DNA of 27,357 bases from a virus. Below are positions 1 through 8,962 of the stretch, one piece after another; position 1 is the first letter of the stretch; every line of letters starts with the position of its first letter. Made by a program: the position numbers and the translations under genes. Location of the stretch: UHGV virus genome UHGV-0082481, one strand, 5' to 3'. Below the pieces are notes generated by a model. That model searched no databases. It had not been told where the DNA came from and was given only the letters and a program-made list of their open reading frames with translations.

Positions 1-19
1 GCTCCAGATATTGAATGGC

Positions 20-613
20 CTACGCCTCCGGCAGTTCAGGCCAGATGACATCCGGCGCGGTGCTGGTATCTGTTGCCGTCACCGCGTCAATGTAATCCAG
101 CACGGCGTTAAGTCGGGTTGTTTCTGCCTGCGTCAGTTTACGTGCGGCCTGCAATTTCAGCTGAATCAGACTGATGGAAGCCATTGCAGCATCAATCAGT
201 GACTGACGCTGTGCTTCTGCCGCGTCTACTGCGGCGCTATGCTGTGCCTCAGTATCGGTCACCCATTTCTCACCATCCCATTTATCATATGGCGTTAACG
301 GTGAAAGCGTGACATAACCGTCTTTGATGGCACCGATATAATCCACTGTAACAGCTGCACCATTTTCTGTTGAGTAAACAGTCTCATTGCGATGGTCTTC
401 TTCATGGCTCCATCCCTTACCCGTAAATACTGCCACTTTTCCCGGAATGTTTTCGCCCGGGTCAATACCAGTGGAACAGGCGGGCATACTTACACCAGTA
501 TTAATATATTCATCAGACCAGCCCGTATATTCATACGTTACTGCATCATAATAAAAACAACGCATATCACCCGGCACTGTAGCCAGTCCATTTTCATCAA
601 AAACAGGTTTCAT
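20..613 (-). CDS. G: Tail fibre assembly protein (P2 gpG-like chaperone)
   Basis: 197-aa ORF immediately downstream of the tail fibre gene on the same strand, start at 613 abutting its stop; C-terminal region has the look of Tfa-family chaperones. Confidence 0.75.
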   Translation of the reverse strand: MKPVFDENGLATVPGDMRCFYYDAVTYEYTGWSDEYINTGVSMPACSTGIDPGENIPGKVAVFTGKGWSHEEDHRNETVYSTENGAAVTVDYIGAIKDGYVTLSPLTPYDKWDGEKWVTDTEAQHSAAVDAAEAQRQSLIDAAMASISLIQLKLQAARKLTQAETTRLNAVLDYIDAVTATDTSTAPDVIWPELPEA

Positions 614-2118
614 TATTTAGCCCTCACCAGAAAGTTAAATGCAATATTGCGCGGTCTGACAGCAACAAAATTCACACCATCACCCACAGAGTTACTGGTG
701 AAATTAAATCGTGAAAATCCTGGCTGATTTCCGGCGATGCCATCATGAAAGTTAATTGCGTGTCCCGCACCTCCGCCTATATTCCCGGCAAACTGAGAAA
801 AGTTTGTAGCTTCCTGCCAGCTTAATAATTCGCGACCACCATCTGCACCTCGCCCGTCATCCCAGATACGAATGAAATCACCGCGGGCTTCAGGTAATAC
901 CAGCGAAGGAAACACTTTCGCCAGCACAGGGTAATCAGAGGCAGAAAATTTCGCCCCGTTGAACTTCAAAAACACCATACTGGACCAGCTGTCGATTACA
1001 GTATTTGGCATTGCAGCGGACGGCCAGAAGAACGGAACGCCAATAGCTGGAGCACCTTCTCCCAAACCAAGGTATGTGAGAAGACCAGCTACATCCTTTC
1101 CACTCAAATTGGTAAGCGTATTGTCCAGCGGTTGTTTACCTGCCAGCGCATTAAGCATTGTCGTGGCAAAGTTCGGATCATTCCCCAGTGCCGCCGCCAG
1201 TTCGTTCAGTGTATCCAGTGCAGCAGGTGCAGAACCCACCATTCCTGCAATCGCCGATTTCACAAAAGCCGTAGTGGCAATCTGTGTATTGTTGACCGAC
1301 TGCGCCGCCGTGGGGGCTGTTGGCGTTCCGGTGAGTGCCGGACTCGACAACGGTGCTTTTAGTGCCAGCGCATTGTTAATGGTGGTACTGAAATTCGGAT
1401 CATTGTTAATGGCTGCGGCTATTTCTTTCAGCGTGTCCAGCGTGGCTGGCGCACCATTAATAAGGGCCGTCAGTGCCGCCTGTACAAACGCAGTGGTCGC
1501 AACCTGCGTGGTATTATTTCCCGCCGCTGGCGTTGGCGCTTTGGGGGTTCCGGTAAATGTCGGGCTGGCTTTTGGCGCGTACTGTGAATGCGGGTCCGGT
1601 GCGGCAAGATGTTTTGCCATCTGATCATCCGCGTACACCTTCAGCTCCAGTGCCTTGTCATCCACATACTTGCGGGTTGCCAGCACTACAGCAGGGTCGA
1701 TTTTCAGGGTGATATTGTCCGTGCTGCTGGTAATCAGCACCATGCGCACGGTCTGAGTGCGCCCGCTACCTTCAGCCAGTTGCGGCTTATAGCTTTCCGG
1801 GCAGTTGCCCACGGCAATCAACGCCCCGGACTCATCAAACAAGCCCACTTCACGTATCCACCAACCGCCCTCGTTTTCAGGGATCACCTGTTCGGCAATA
1901 ATCTGGCTGCTGTTCTGCGGGTCGATATAAAGCATATTCAGCGCAGCCCGGCGTTTCTCATTTACCAGTGCCGTCTGCTTTGCGTCCGGCGTTGGCAATA
2001 CTCCACCGCCATCGCCCACCGCCATATGGGTAATTTTTAGCGGCACACCGAGCGCGGCGGCGCTGGCAAGTTTCGCCGCGCCAATATCCGTCAGCAGGGT
2101 ATAAAATTTTGTGCTCAT
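613..2118 (-). CDS. H: Tail fibre protein (P2 gpH-like)
   Basis: 501-aa ORF; N-terminus MSTKFYTLLTDIGAAKLASAAALG...HMAVGDGGG matches the conserved gpH N-terminal domain; Ala/Thr/Asn-rich repetitive middle region; ATGA overlap with upstream gpI stop. Confidence 0.85.
   Translation of the reverse strand: MSTKFYTLLTDIGAAKLASAAALGVPLKITHMAVGDGGGVLPTPDAKQTALVNEKRRAALNMLYIDPQNSSQIIAEQVIPENEGGWWIREVGLFDESGALIAVGNCPESYKPQLAEGSGRTQTVRMVLITSSTDNITLKIDPAVVLATRKYVDDKALELKVYADDQMAKHLAAPDPHSQYAPKASPTFTGTPKAPTPAAGNNTTQVATTAFVQAALTALINGAPATLDTLKEIAAAINNDPNFSTTINNALALKAPLSSPALTGTPTAPTAAQSVNNTQIATTAFVKSAIAGMVGSAPAALDTLNELAAALGNDPNFATTMLNALAGKQPLDNTLTNLSGKDVAGLLTYLGLGEGAPAIGVPFFWPSAAMPNTVIDSWSSMVFLKFNGAKFSASDYPVLAKVFPSLVLPEARGDFIRIWDDGRGADGGRELLSWQEATNFSQFAGNIGGGAGHAINFHDGIAGNQPGFSRFNFTSNSVGDGVNFVAVRPRNIAFNFLVRAK
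1148..1555. repeat. Diverged tandem duplication (~200 bp units) inside the tail fibre gene
   Basis: Two adjacent DNA segments (about 1148-1335 and 1370-1555) are visibly similar and encode two copies of a ~65-aa motif (NNTTQVATTAFVQAAL...LDTLKEIAAAINNDPNF / NNTQIATTAFVKSAIA...LDTLNELAAALGNDPNF). Confidence 0.55.
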
Positions 2119-2720
2119 GGATTCACTCTCATTGTGTCAATAACATGGACCGCCCCGCCTTCATGCGCGGTGCCACCGGAAATAATCGTTTCGTTGATAT
2201 ACGGATAGATCGTGATTTCTTCGCCAAGATAGCTGGCGGCTCCCACCCAATGCGGGCCGCTGGTCTGCAGATTGATGGACATGCCGATCATGTGGCGGCT
2301 ACATGGTTTGGCATCGCTTATCAGTCGCTCAAGTTCCAGATAGGTATCTTCAGTGATGCCCTGGTCCTGCACGCCGATATCCAGGCGAAACGTGCCCGGT
2401 GTTTCTCCGGTCTGCCACCACTCAATAATGCGGATCAGGAATCCGAACGGCTCCACCACCCGCCGCACGGCACTGGTGGTCCCTTTATGCTGATGAATAT
2501 AAAAAGCATCCTTCACCACCTGGCGCTTGACGCTTTCTGTCCAGCCCTCGTCCCAGCGATCCACAGAGAACGCCCAGGCGAGATAAGGCAGGAAACTGAC
2601 CGGACAGGTTGCCGGATTCCACAAGTCACGAAGCGGCACCTGCAGATCAGAAATCCCGCTGCAGGTTTGCGCCAGTCGGCGCTCCAGTGGTGTTGAACCC
2701 GGTGGCAGCAGACTATTCAT
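2115..2720 (-). CDS. I: Baseplate protein (P2 gpI-like)
   Basis: 201-aa ORF between J and H in conserved P2 order; N-terminus MNSLLPPGSTPLERRLAQ typical of gpI; overlaps neighbours by a few bases. Confidence 0.85.
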   Translation of the reverse strand: MNSLLPPGSTPLERRLAQTCSGISDLQVPLRDLWNPATCPVSFLPYLAWAFSVDRWDEGWTESVKRQVVKDAFYIHQHKGTTSAVRRVVEPFGFLIRIIEWWQTGETPGTFRLDIGVQDQGITEDTYLELERLISDAKPCSRHMIGMSINLQTSGPHWVGAASYLGEEITIYPYINETIISGGTAHEGGAVHVIDTMRVNP

Positions 2721-3621
2721 CCGTTCCTCCGTTGGTTACGCTCCACTGCGTACATGATGCCGCCTGTGTTTTGTTCAGGACCACATCCGCCAGAGGAGAA
2801 GCCAGCTCCACACGCTGCACCCCCTCAACATGCAGGGCGGCAAAGATGGCGCTACGGCGAATATCCCGACCAAGACGCGTCTGACTGGCGATGTACTTCT
2901 GCAGGCTGGCTTTTGCCGCTGCCATTACCGGCTCTGCTTCCGGTCCAGGATAGAGAAAAATGGTGGCTTCCACGCGATACGGGATGATTTCTGCGCTGCG
3001 AACCGTAAGACGGTCAGCCACCGGGCGGACGTTCTCACTGTTCAGAGCTTTTTCCACCACGTCCAGCAGGTCTTTTTCTGCAGTTCCATCGCCTTCGCGG
3101 CTAAGGACAGTCAGCACCACCTCTGCAGGTGCCGGGCTGGTTGCACTGGCATCCGCCACCCGACCGTCGGCGCTTCGGGCATGAAATTCATAAGCTGCAG
3201 TTGGCCCCGCAACAGAAAGCCCTTCAAAGGCTGCAGGCACACGCAGGCGCAACGCTTCATCGCTTTCCATCACAGCTGCAACGGGCGGCACAGCATCATT
3301 ATCAGCAGGCGTCACCGTCAGGCGTGTCACGTTGTAGTTGGCAGCGAGCTGGTCAAGATCGCCGCCCATCGCGTAAGCCACCATCACCGCCTGCGCGGCT
3401 TCGTTAATGCGCTGACGCAGAAGCAACTCACGGTAAGCGTTCTCCTGCAACAATTTAGTGGCGGGTTCAGATTCCAGTTCCAGCGTGCGGATCACTGCTT
3501 CCTGCTCATCTTTCGGATGAAGCGCCACAAATTCTGCCTTGCGTTCGGCAAGCAGCGTCTCAAAGTCCGGCACATCCACAATCTGCGGTGCAGGCAACTG
3601 CGAAAGGTCAATCACTGCCAT
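2713..3621 (-). CDS. J: Baseplate assembly protein (P2 gpJ-like)
   Basis: Six-frame ORF 2713-3660; likely start is the internal Met (MAVIDLSQLPAPQIV...) at 3621, which matches the gpJ N-terminus; conserved W-J-I order. Confidence 0.85.
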   Translation of the reverse strand: MAVIDLSQLPAPQIVDVPDFETLLAERKAEFVALHPKDEQEAVIRTLELESEPATKLLQENAYRELLLRQRINEAAQAVMVAYAMGGDLDQLAANYNVTRLTVTPADNDAVPPVAAVMESDEALRLRVPAAFEGLSVAGPTAAYEFHARSADGRVADASATSPAPAEVVLTVLSREGDGTAEKDLLDVVEKALNSENVRPVADRLTVRSAEIIPYRVEATIFLYPGPEAEPVMAAAKASLQKYIASQTRLGRDIRRSAIFAALHVEGVQRVELASPLADVVLNKTQAASCTQWSVTNGGTDE

Positions 3622-3967
3622 TCTCTGCTCCTGTTGATACGGAAAGGGACACAGGCACACCGTTATTCCGCCGCCCGGTCAGCTCCACCACCATTGAACC
3701 GTCAAAATTGCTGTTGATGGTGATGGAATCCAGCGTCAACCGTGGCTCCCAGCGACTCAGCGCCACATACACTGCCGACATGACCTGCAGGCGTAATGCC
3801 GGATTTTGTGGCTGATCTATCAGTGCCGACAGCAGGGAACCATATTCCCGGCGGGCAATACGGCTACCCTGCGGTGTCAGCAGAATGTCCCGCACCGACT
3901 GGCGCAGATGATCAATATCAGTAATGACTTTGCCGCTGGTATTGTTCATCCCGCTATAAAGCGTCAT
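3608..3967 (-). CDS. W: Baseplate wedge protein (P2 gpW-like)
   Basis: 119-aa ORF, size and position (between V and J) as for gpW; ATGA overlap with the V stop. Confidence 0.85.
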   Translation of the reverse strand: MTLYSGMNNTSGKVITDIDHLRQSVRDILLTPQGSRIARREYGSLLSALIDQPQNPALRLQVMSAVYVALSRWEPRLTLDSITINSNFDGSMVVELTGRRNNGVPVSLSVSTGAENGSD

Positions 3968-4557
3968 ACCGGGCCTCCGGTTGTATCGCCGCCTTTCAGG
4001 ACGCCAGTATGCTGATGCGCATCAACCACGATCCCGTTAGAACTCATCGCTCCGCCGCCCTGGGTAACGCCACCATTGATCACCACTTCGCTGTTAATGC
4101 GCGTGCGGTCAGCCTCCAGTACAAACTCACTGGTTTTCATGGTGATGTTGTCAGCAGCCTCAATGACCATTGATTTGATGCCCCTGACATACCAGCGCCC
4201 GGTGGCGGGTTCGTATTCAAACCAGCCACCGTCAGGATGTTCTGTCACGCAGGCGTCCGCCGACGTCGACGGTGGTGCGAACTGATTCGAATAGATGGCG
4301 GGCAGCGCAAACGCGGTTTCCAGATTGCCGCCCATGCTCAGCACCACCACCTGCTCATCTGGCGACGGGCACCACCATGTACGGGCACCACCGGCGCGTA
4401 GCGTCAGCCAGTTAATCCAGTTGGTTTCAAGCTCGCCTACCTTCACCCGGCACAGCCATTTGTTCCGGTCCACTTCGGTCACAATGCCGGTGCGGATCAG
4501 ATTGGTGATAAGGCGCATAATTTCTGTGAGTTGTGCGTTCATGGTTGCAGTTTGCAT
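3964..4557 (-). CDS. V: Baseplate spike/hub protein (P2 gpV-like)
   Basis: 197-aa ORF, first gene of the V-W-J-I-H-G tail operon; the true start may be a downstream Met (4542 or 4518). Confidence 0.8.
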   Translation of the reverse strand: MQTATMNAQLTEIMRLITNLIRTGIVTEVDRNKWLCRVKVGELETNWINWLTLRAGGARTWWCPSPDEQVVVLSMGGNLETAFALPAIYSNQFAPPSTSADACVTEHPDGGWFEYEPATGRWYVRGIKSMVIEAADNITMKTSEFVLEADRTRINSEVVINGGVTQGGGAMSSNGIVVDAHQHTGVLKGGDTTGGPV

Positions 4558-4574
4558 GAAATCAAAAGAAAATA

Positions 4575-6443
4575 GTGATTTTCAAATTGTATGAAGGGTC
4601 TTACAATCCAATGAATTACAATGAAGAGCTAACCTCATATCTTAATTATTTAGTGGATCTTGAAAAATCCCCTAATTTCGCAGTAATGATTGACGGCGAA
4701 TGGGGAAGCGGGAAAACATGGTTTGTCCGTAAATTAATGAATGAAGAATCACTAAAAGGGAAAGTTAAGCCATTAATGATCTCATTATATGGAATAAAAT
4801 CCACCGAACAAATTGACGAAATAATTTTCAAGCAAATGCATCCCTTCCTTTCATCTAAAGGCATGTTGCTTGCTGGCACACTAACTAAGGCACTAATTAA
4901 AGGCACACTTAAGATTGATTTAAGTGATTCATTCGTTACAAGTGTAGAGGGCTCCCCAGAACTACCCAACGTAAGCATTAAAGACTTTTACTACTCACCA
5001 GAAAACACCATATTGATATTTGATGATCTTGAACGCTGCGAATTAGATTGGAATTCTATATTTGGTTATATAAATAATTTCGTTGAAGAAAAAGAATGCA
5101 AGGTTTTGATTATCGCCAATGAGAGAGAAATATTAAACCCCGCTAGAAATAAAAATCATGATGGTATTTATTTAGATGCAAAAGAAAAAGTTATAGGTAT
5201 AACTTTCAAATATCAACCTCAACATTCTCACGCCTACGAATATTTTCTAAAAAATATAACTAGCGAACTCAACACCATTCTGAACATAAAAAATATTGAG
5301 AGCTTACTCACTCTTTCAGAGTGTAATAACATTAGATTAATTGAAAGGCAAATTTCTTTTTTTGAAAGAATATTCAAAATATTACCAGCACAGTTTCAGC
5401 AAAATTCAGATTTGACACTCAGATTATATCAATTACATTTTATACTCTATTTTGAATCTAATAAAATAAAACGAACCGTTTCTGACTTGTTAACATATAA
5501 AATAGATGATGATAATAAATACACATCCAATTTAATTGAAAAATATGGTACAACTTATTTGTCAAATTTAATCTTAGACGAGGATACCTGGATCGATATA
5601 ATTGACAATCAGAAAATCAATCAAGAAAAAATAATATCTGAATTAATAACATTCGTCAGTGTTTCTAATAAAACAATTGAGCCATGGACACAACTTTGGA
5701 ATTATGATCGATTAAAATACACAGAATTTGAGGAAAATTACAATTCAACACTTCATACGCTTATTAATTTTGAAATATTGAACGAGCATGTTCTTAAGCA
5801 TATTTACGGATTATTACTTCATTTATCCAGAGAACATATAAAACCCATCAACGAACACTATTTAACAAACTTAGCCCACTCTGCTGTTGATATTTTAGCA
5901 GAAAAAGGAATGATACAAACTAGTTATGAAATTTTTGATGAAGACATTAAGGATGAGCGATGGAGAGGATTAACTTTTCATTGCAAAGAAACTAGGGAAT
6001 TCAAGGAGCTTGTTAATTACATAGAACAAAAGAAAAATGTATTAATTGCATATCAACTTAGCCAAGACGCTCAAAAGATATTCAAATTAATACAGTCCGG
6101 AAATCATGAATATTACGCACATCTAAATTTCAACAACAAAGATATTTATTCATTTCACGACAAACCAGTTCTTTATTTTGGTGATGCTGAACAACTAACA
6201 AAAATACTGATAGACTCAACCGAGATGCATTTCTTTGGCTATGCTATAAAAAACCGATACAACAACACCCCTTATCTAAAAGAGCTTTCTGCAGAGCGTT
6301 TTTTCCACCGCGAGCTAATTAGAAAGCTAATTGAAAAGAAAACTCAAATAAACTCAAATATATTATCATTACAAATCGATGAGCTCATAAATGATTGTTT
6401 AACTCCCGCAATAGATAAATTAAAGCAAAGCATTGAAAATTAA
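4575..6443 (+). CDS. KAP-family P-loop NTPase (accessory/moron gene)
   Basis: 622-aa ORF (GTG at 4575; alternative ATG at 4611), strongly AT-rich against GC-rich flanks; Walker A GEWGSGKT (GxWGxGKT) and Walker B-like ILIFDDLER are the KAP NTPase signatures; sits in the S-V intergenic slot, opposite in orientation to the flanking structural operons. Confidence 0.75.
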   Translation: MIFKLYEGSYNPMNYNEELTSYLNYLVDLEKSPNFAVMIDGEWGSGKTWFVRKLMNEESLKGKVKPLMISLYGIKSTEQIDEIIFKQMHPFLSSKGMLLAGTLTKALIKGTLKIDLSDSFVTSVEGSPELPNVSIKDFYYSPENTILIFDDLERCELDWNSIFGYINNFVEEKECKVLIIANEREILNPARNKNHDGIYLDAKEKVIGITFKYQPQHSHAYEYFLKNITSELNTILNIKNIESLLTLSECNNIRLIERQISFFERIFKILPAQFQQNSDLTLRLYQLHFILYFESNKIKRTVSDLLTYKIDDDNKYTSNLIEKYGTTYLSNLILDEDTWIDIIDNQKINQEKIISELITFVSVSNKTIEPWTQLWNYDRLKYTEFEENYNSTLHTLINFEILNEHVLKHIYGLLLHLSREHIKPINEHYLTNLAHSAVDILAEKGMIQTSYEIFDEDIKDERWRGLTFHCKETREFKELVNYIEQKKNVLIAYQLSQDAQKIFKLIQSGNHEYYAHLNFNNKDIYSFHDKPVLYFGDAEQLTKILIDSTEMHFFGYAIKNRYNNTPYLKELSAERFFHRELIRKLIEKKTQINSNILSLQIDELINDCLTPAIDKLKQSIEN

Positions 6444-6449
6444 AATAAA

Positions 6450-6468
6450 GCCCAGATCGCCACTGGGC
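6450..6468 (-). terminator. Hairpin terminator downstream of gpS (end of the O-to-S late operon)
   Basis: GCCCAG-atcgcca-CTGGGC stem-loop followed on the minus strand by a T-rich run (plus-strand ttaaaataaa at 6440-6449). Confidence 0.4.
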
Positions 6469-6483
6469 AACAATATACGCAAG

Positions 6484-6927
6484 TTATGAAATACAATATA
6501 TCAAAAATCTCTCAACTTCTTTTTTAATAGGCTCATTAATACCTAGCAAGCATCGTCTGGAATAATGAACTATCGGCCCACGTTTACTGACACGATCACG
6601 CAGTCCATAATGGTGAACACGGGCAATGCGCTGCACCTTACCTTCAAACTGCACGCTGGCAGAATCGGCGCTGGCGGCAGTTTTCAGGTATTTTGTGGTG
6701 CGCAGCTTCGCAAACATCTGACGTTTGATGCGGCCTTTTTTACTGCGCGCTGTTACCCGTCGCGGCTCATAACTACTGCCATCTGGATTGCGCTGCATCC
6801 TGATGTTTTGCTGCTGTGTCCGGCGCAGCTCCTGTGCCAGTTGGCGCATCATGCGACTTCTTGCAGCTGGCTCCAGATTCGCCAGTAAGGCACTCAGCCA
6901 GTCGTCCACTTTCTGCAATTCAGCCAC
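6484..6927 (-). CDS. S: Tail completion protein (P2 gpS-like)
   Basis: 147-aa ORF, conserved position after R; overlaps the R stop by 8 nt; the last ~18 codons are AT-rich unlike the rest of the gene. Confidence 0.85.
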   Translation of the reverse strand: MAELQKVDDWLSALLANLEPAARSRMMRQLAQELRRTQQQNIRMQRNPDGSSYEPRRVTARSKKGRIKRQMFAKLRTTKYLKTAASADSASVQFEGKVQRIARVHHYGLRDRVSKRGPIVHYSRRCLLGINEPIKKEVERFLIYCIS

Positions 6928-7372
6928 GTTTCACCGTCCACATTTCTTCAGGTTCATCGGGTTCCGTTATCGCTTCAACGCTCGACACACTGCCGTCAGT
7001 GCTGACCAGCACACGCTCCGTCAGTTGCAGGTTCAGGCTGATATCACAGACATCATTGCGCAGAATATCCACCTCAAAGGTGAATAACTTTTCCCGTAAC
7101 GCCGGGTTATTGATGGCATCGGGCTGGTTATCCCGCAGCCACAGCAAAACCGGGGCCATCAACAGATTCTGGTCGCCGCTGAAATCCTCAACCACCACGT
7201 TCAGGGTGTAACGATACTCCCATGACATGGAGCTGGCCCCTGTAGCAACCAGCGAACCGTTATCCACAAACAGATGCAGTTTGTCCGGGTTATTGCGGAC
7301 ATAAGGCACCGCTTTATTGAGGGCGTGGCGCAGGGATTGTGGTTTGTTCACTGTTTCGCTCCTGACACGCAA
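6920..7372 (-). CDS. R: Tail completion protein (P2 gpR-like)
   Basis: 150-aa ORF in conserved position between the lysis genes and S. Confidence 0.8.
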   Translation of the reverse strand: MRVRSETVNKPQSLRHALNKAVPYVRNNPDKLHLFVDNGSLVATGASSMSWEYRYTLNVVVEDFSGDQNLLMAPVLLWLRDNQPDAINNPALREKLFTFEVDILRNDVCDISLNLQLTERVLVSTDGSVSSVEAITEPDEPEEMWTVKRG

Positions 7373-7604
7373 TAATCATGTCCACTTTATCTGCACAGAC
7401 CGCCCAAGCGGCTTCCGTTTCATCCAGCAATGCGCTCAGATCACCGTTAGTGTGCGGCGCGGCCTGATCCAGCCGACACGGCGTCACTCGCGGACAACCA
7501 CTGACGGTAAGCTGCACCTCCGGTGAATGCTGGACGTTTTCGCAGCCGGATAATGTCAGCAGGCAAAGGAGTATCAGCCCAGCGGCGTAAATCCTCGTTC
7601 TCAC
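7314..7604 (-). CDS. lysC: Outer-membrane lipoprotein spanin (LysC / Rz1-like)
   Basis: 96-aa ORF in an alternative frame within the 3' part of lysB and running into R, as in P2; signal peptide plus lipobox LTLSGC. Confidence 0.6.
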   Translation of the reverse strand: MRTRIYAAGLILLCLLTLSGCENVQHSPEVQLTVSGCPRVTPCRLDQAAPHTNGDLSALLDETEAAWAVCADKVDMIIACQERNSEQTTIPAPRPQ

Positions 7605-7875
7605 GTTTCAGTTCCTCAATCCGGTGTTGTCGTTGTCTCAGCAGTGCACTGGTCTGTTCTGCTTCGGCATAGAGCCGCGCCTGCTCCCGGTTGTTAGTTT
7701 CAGTCAGAATGGACAGGCTGATAAGCTGGTTGTTGCTCTTTGCCAGCGCCTGGCTTTTGCTCTGCAGCTCGTCTGCCTGCGTGCTGATGGTCTGGCTGGC
7801 ATCAGCCAGCCGCCACGTCTGCCAGCCCAGCGCCGCCAGTAATAACGCCAGCACACCCAGCAGCAACCGGTTCAT
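7447..7875 (-). CDS. lysB: Inner-membrane spanin (LysB / Rz-like)
   Basis: 142-aa ORF with N-terminal transmembrane segment (LLLGVLALLLAALGW) followed by a charged helical region; ATGA overlap with lysA. Confidence 0.7.
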   Translation of the reverse strand: MNRLLLGVLALLLAALGWQTWRLADASQTISTQADELQSKSQALAKSNNQLISLSILTETNNREQARLYAEAEQTSALLRQRQHRIEELKRENEDLRRWADTPLPADIIRLRKRPAFTGGAAYRQWLSASDAVSAGSGRAAH

Positions 7876-8249
7876 GCTGCTACCTGTTGCGCCATCTGAT
7901 TACGGGTGATCCAGAAGGCAATAACGGTCAGTAGATAAAAGACCAGGGTAATAGCCCACCCCGTCCAGGCGAGACTTACAACAATCAGCAATCGCATCAC
8001 CCAACTGGTAAATACGTTTTCTTTTCGGGTAATTGTCTTCAGCAAAGATGCCCTTAACTCCTGCCAGAGCGGGCCATTCTTAATTAACGCAGCCAGTGCT
8101 ACCGGAATTACCGCCCATGTCAGCAAACAGGCTACCCAAACGCCGGACGCTGCCAGTACCGGAAAAATCCCCTGCGGATACACCATTGCTGCGATTAACA
8201 GCGCCATCCATAACATCAGAAACAGTCCGCTGATTAATTTCTTTTTCAT
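7872..8249 (-). CDS. lysA: LysA-like membrane protein (lysis timing)
   Basis: ORF 7872-8321; probable start at MKKKLISGLFLML (8249); several hydrophobic transmembrane segments; position after the endolysin as in P2. Confidence 0.65.
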   Translation of the reverse strand: MKKKLISGLFLMLWMALLIAAMVYPQGIFPVLAASGVWVACLLTWAVIPVALAALIKNGPLWQELRASLLKTITRKENVFTSWVMRLLIVVSLAWTGWAITLVFYLLTVIAFWITRNQMAQQVAA

Positions 8250-8250
8250 T

Positions 8251-8763
8251 TCAGTTTGCTCCCTGTAAACACCAGGCCATCTCCCGCGCACGGCGGTTAT
8301 CCAGCCCCTGATTAAAAACACCTTTCACATAAACCCAGCGCGGCAACTGTCGGCATGCATCCGCCCAGCGCCGCTGATTGAGCAATTTCACCAGCGTGGA
8401 ACTACAGGCATTGCCCGTCCCCACGTTGAAGGCAAACGACACCGTAGCGTCATACACCTTCTGCGGCGGCTGTTGCTTCACACACCTTTCCAGCGCCCGC
8501 TCCACTCGTAGCACGTTGGAGATCAGCCCTTCAGCTGCCTGTCGTTCCGTAATAATTTTGCCGGGAATGACGCCCGACGTATTACCAATGCCGTCGGTCC
8601 AGACACCCGCGCTGCACTGATACGGCTGCAGACGACAGCCTTCATAATCGGCGATCAGTTTCAGTCCCTCCTCGGAGGTGTGAAGCTGCTGAAACCCCGG
8701 CAGCGTGGCAGCAATAGCCAGCACGGCCCCGACAAGGCAGCGTTTAACGATTGATGGATTCAT
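8251..8763 (-). CDS. K: Endolysin (P2 gpK-like lysozyme, probable signal-anchor type)
   Basis: 170-aa ORF; hydrophobic N-terminus then lysozyme-like region (EEGLKLIADYEGCRLQPYQCSAGVWTDGIGNT); conserved Y-K order. Confidence 0.85.
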   Translation of the reverse strand: MNPSIVKRCLVGAVLAIAATLPGFQQLHTSEEGLKLIADYEGCRLQPYQCSAGVWTDGIGNTSGVIPGKIITERQAAEGLISNVLRVERALERCVKQQPPQKVYDATVSFAFNVGTGNACSSTLVKLLNQRRWADACRQLPRWVYVKGVFNQGLDNRRAREMAWCLQGAN

Positions 8764-8959
8764 AGTCCTCCCGCGAGATCTGCCCGTCGCGCAGAAGCTG
8801 GTAGGCTTTGTGTTTGTAGTACCAGTTGATAGCCAGCATCAGCACACCGATCATCAGGCCGCCCAGCGTTGAGGCATCCTTGATGGACAAATCGCCCAGC
8901 CAGGCCAGCACGACGGCGATGCAATACGTGATAAAGGCGCTGATTCGCTCAAGCGTCAT
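8744..8959 (-). CDS. Y: Holin (P2 gpY-like)
   Basis: 71-aa ORF with two hydrophobic segments and a charged C-terminus, directly upstream of the endolysin. Confidence 0.65.
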   Translation of the reverse strand: MTLERISAFITYCIAVVLAWLGDLSIKDASTLGGLMIGVLMLAINWYYKHKAYQLLRDGQISREDYESINR

Positions 8960-8962
8960 AAT

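Noticed and set aside
959-1624. 221-aa plus-strand ORF
   Set aside because: Antisense to the well-supported tail fibre gene H; Ala/Gly/Val-rich translation typical of the reverse frame of a GC-rich gene; no independent start signals.
2830-3717. 295-aa plus-strand ORF
   Set aside because: Antisense within gpJ and gpW; Cys/Arg/His-rich composition typical of a spurious reverse-frame ORF.
4646-4978. 110-aa minus-strand ORF
   Set aside because: Lies entirely inside the KAP NTPase gene on the opposite strand; no support.
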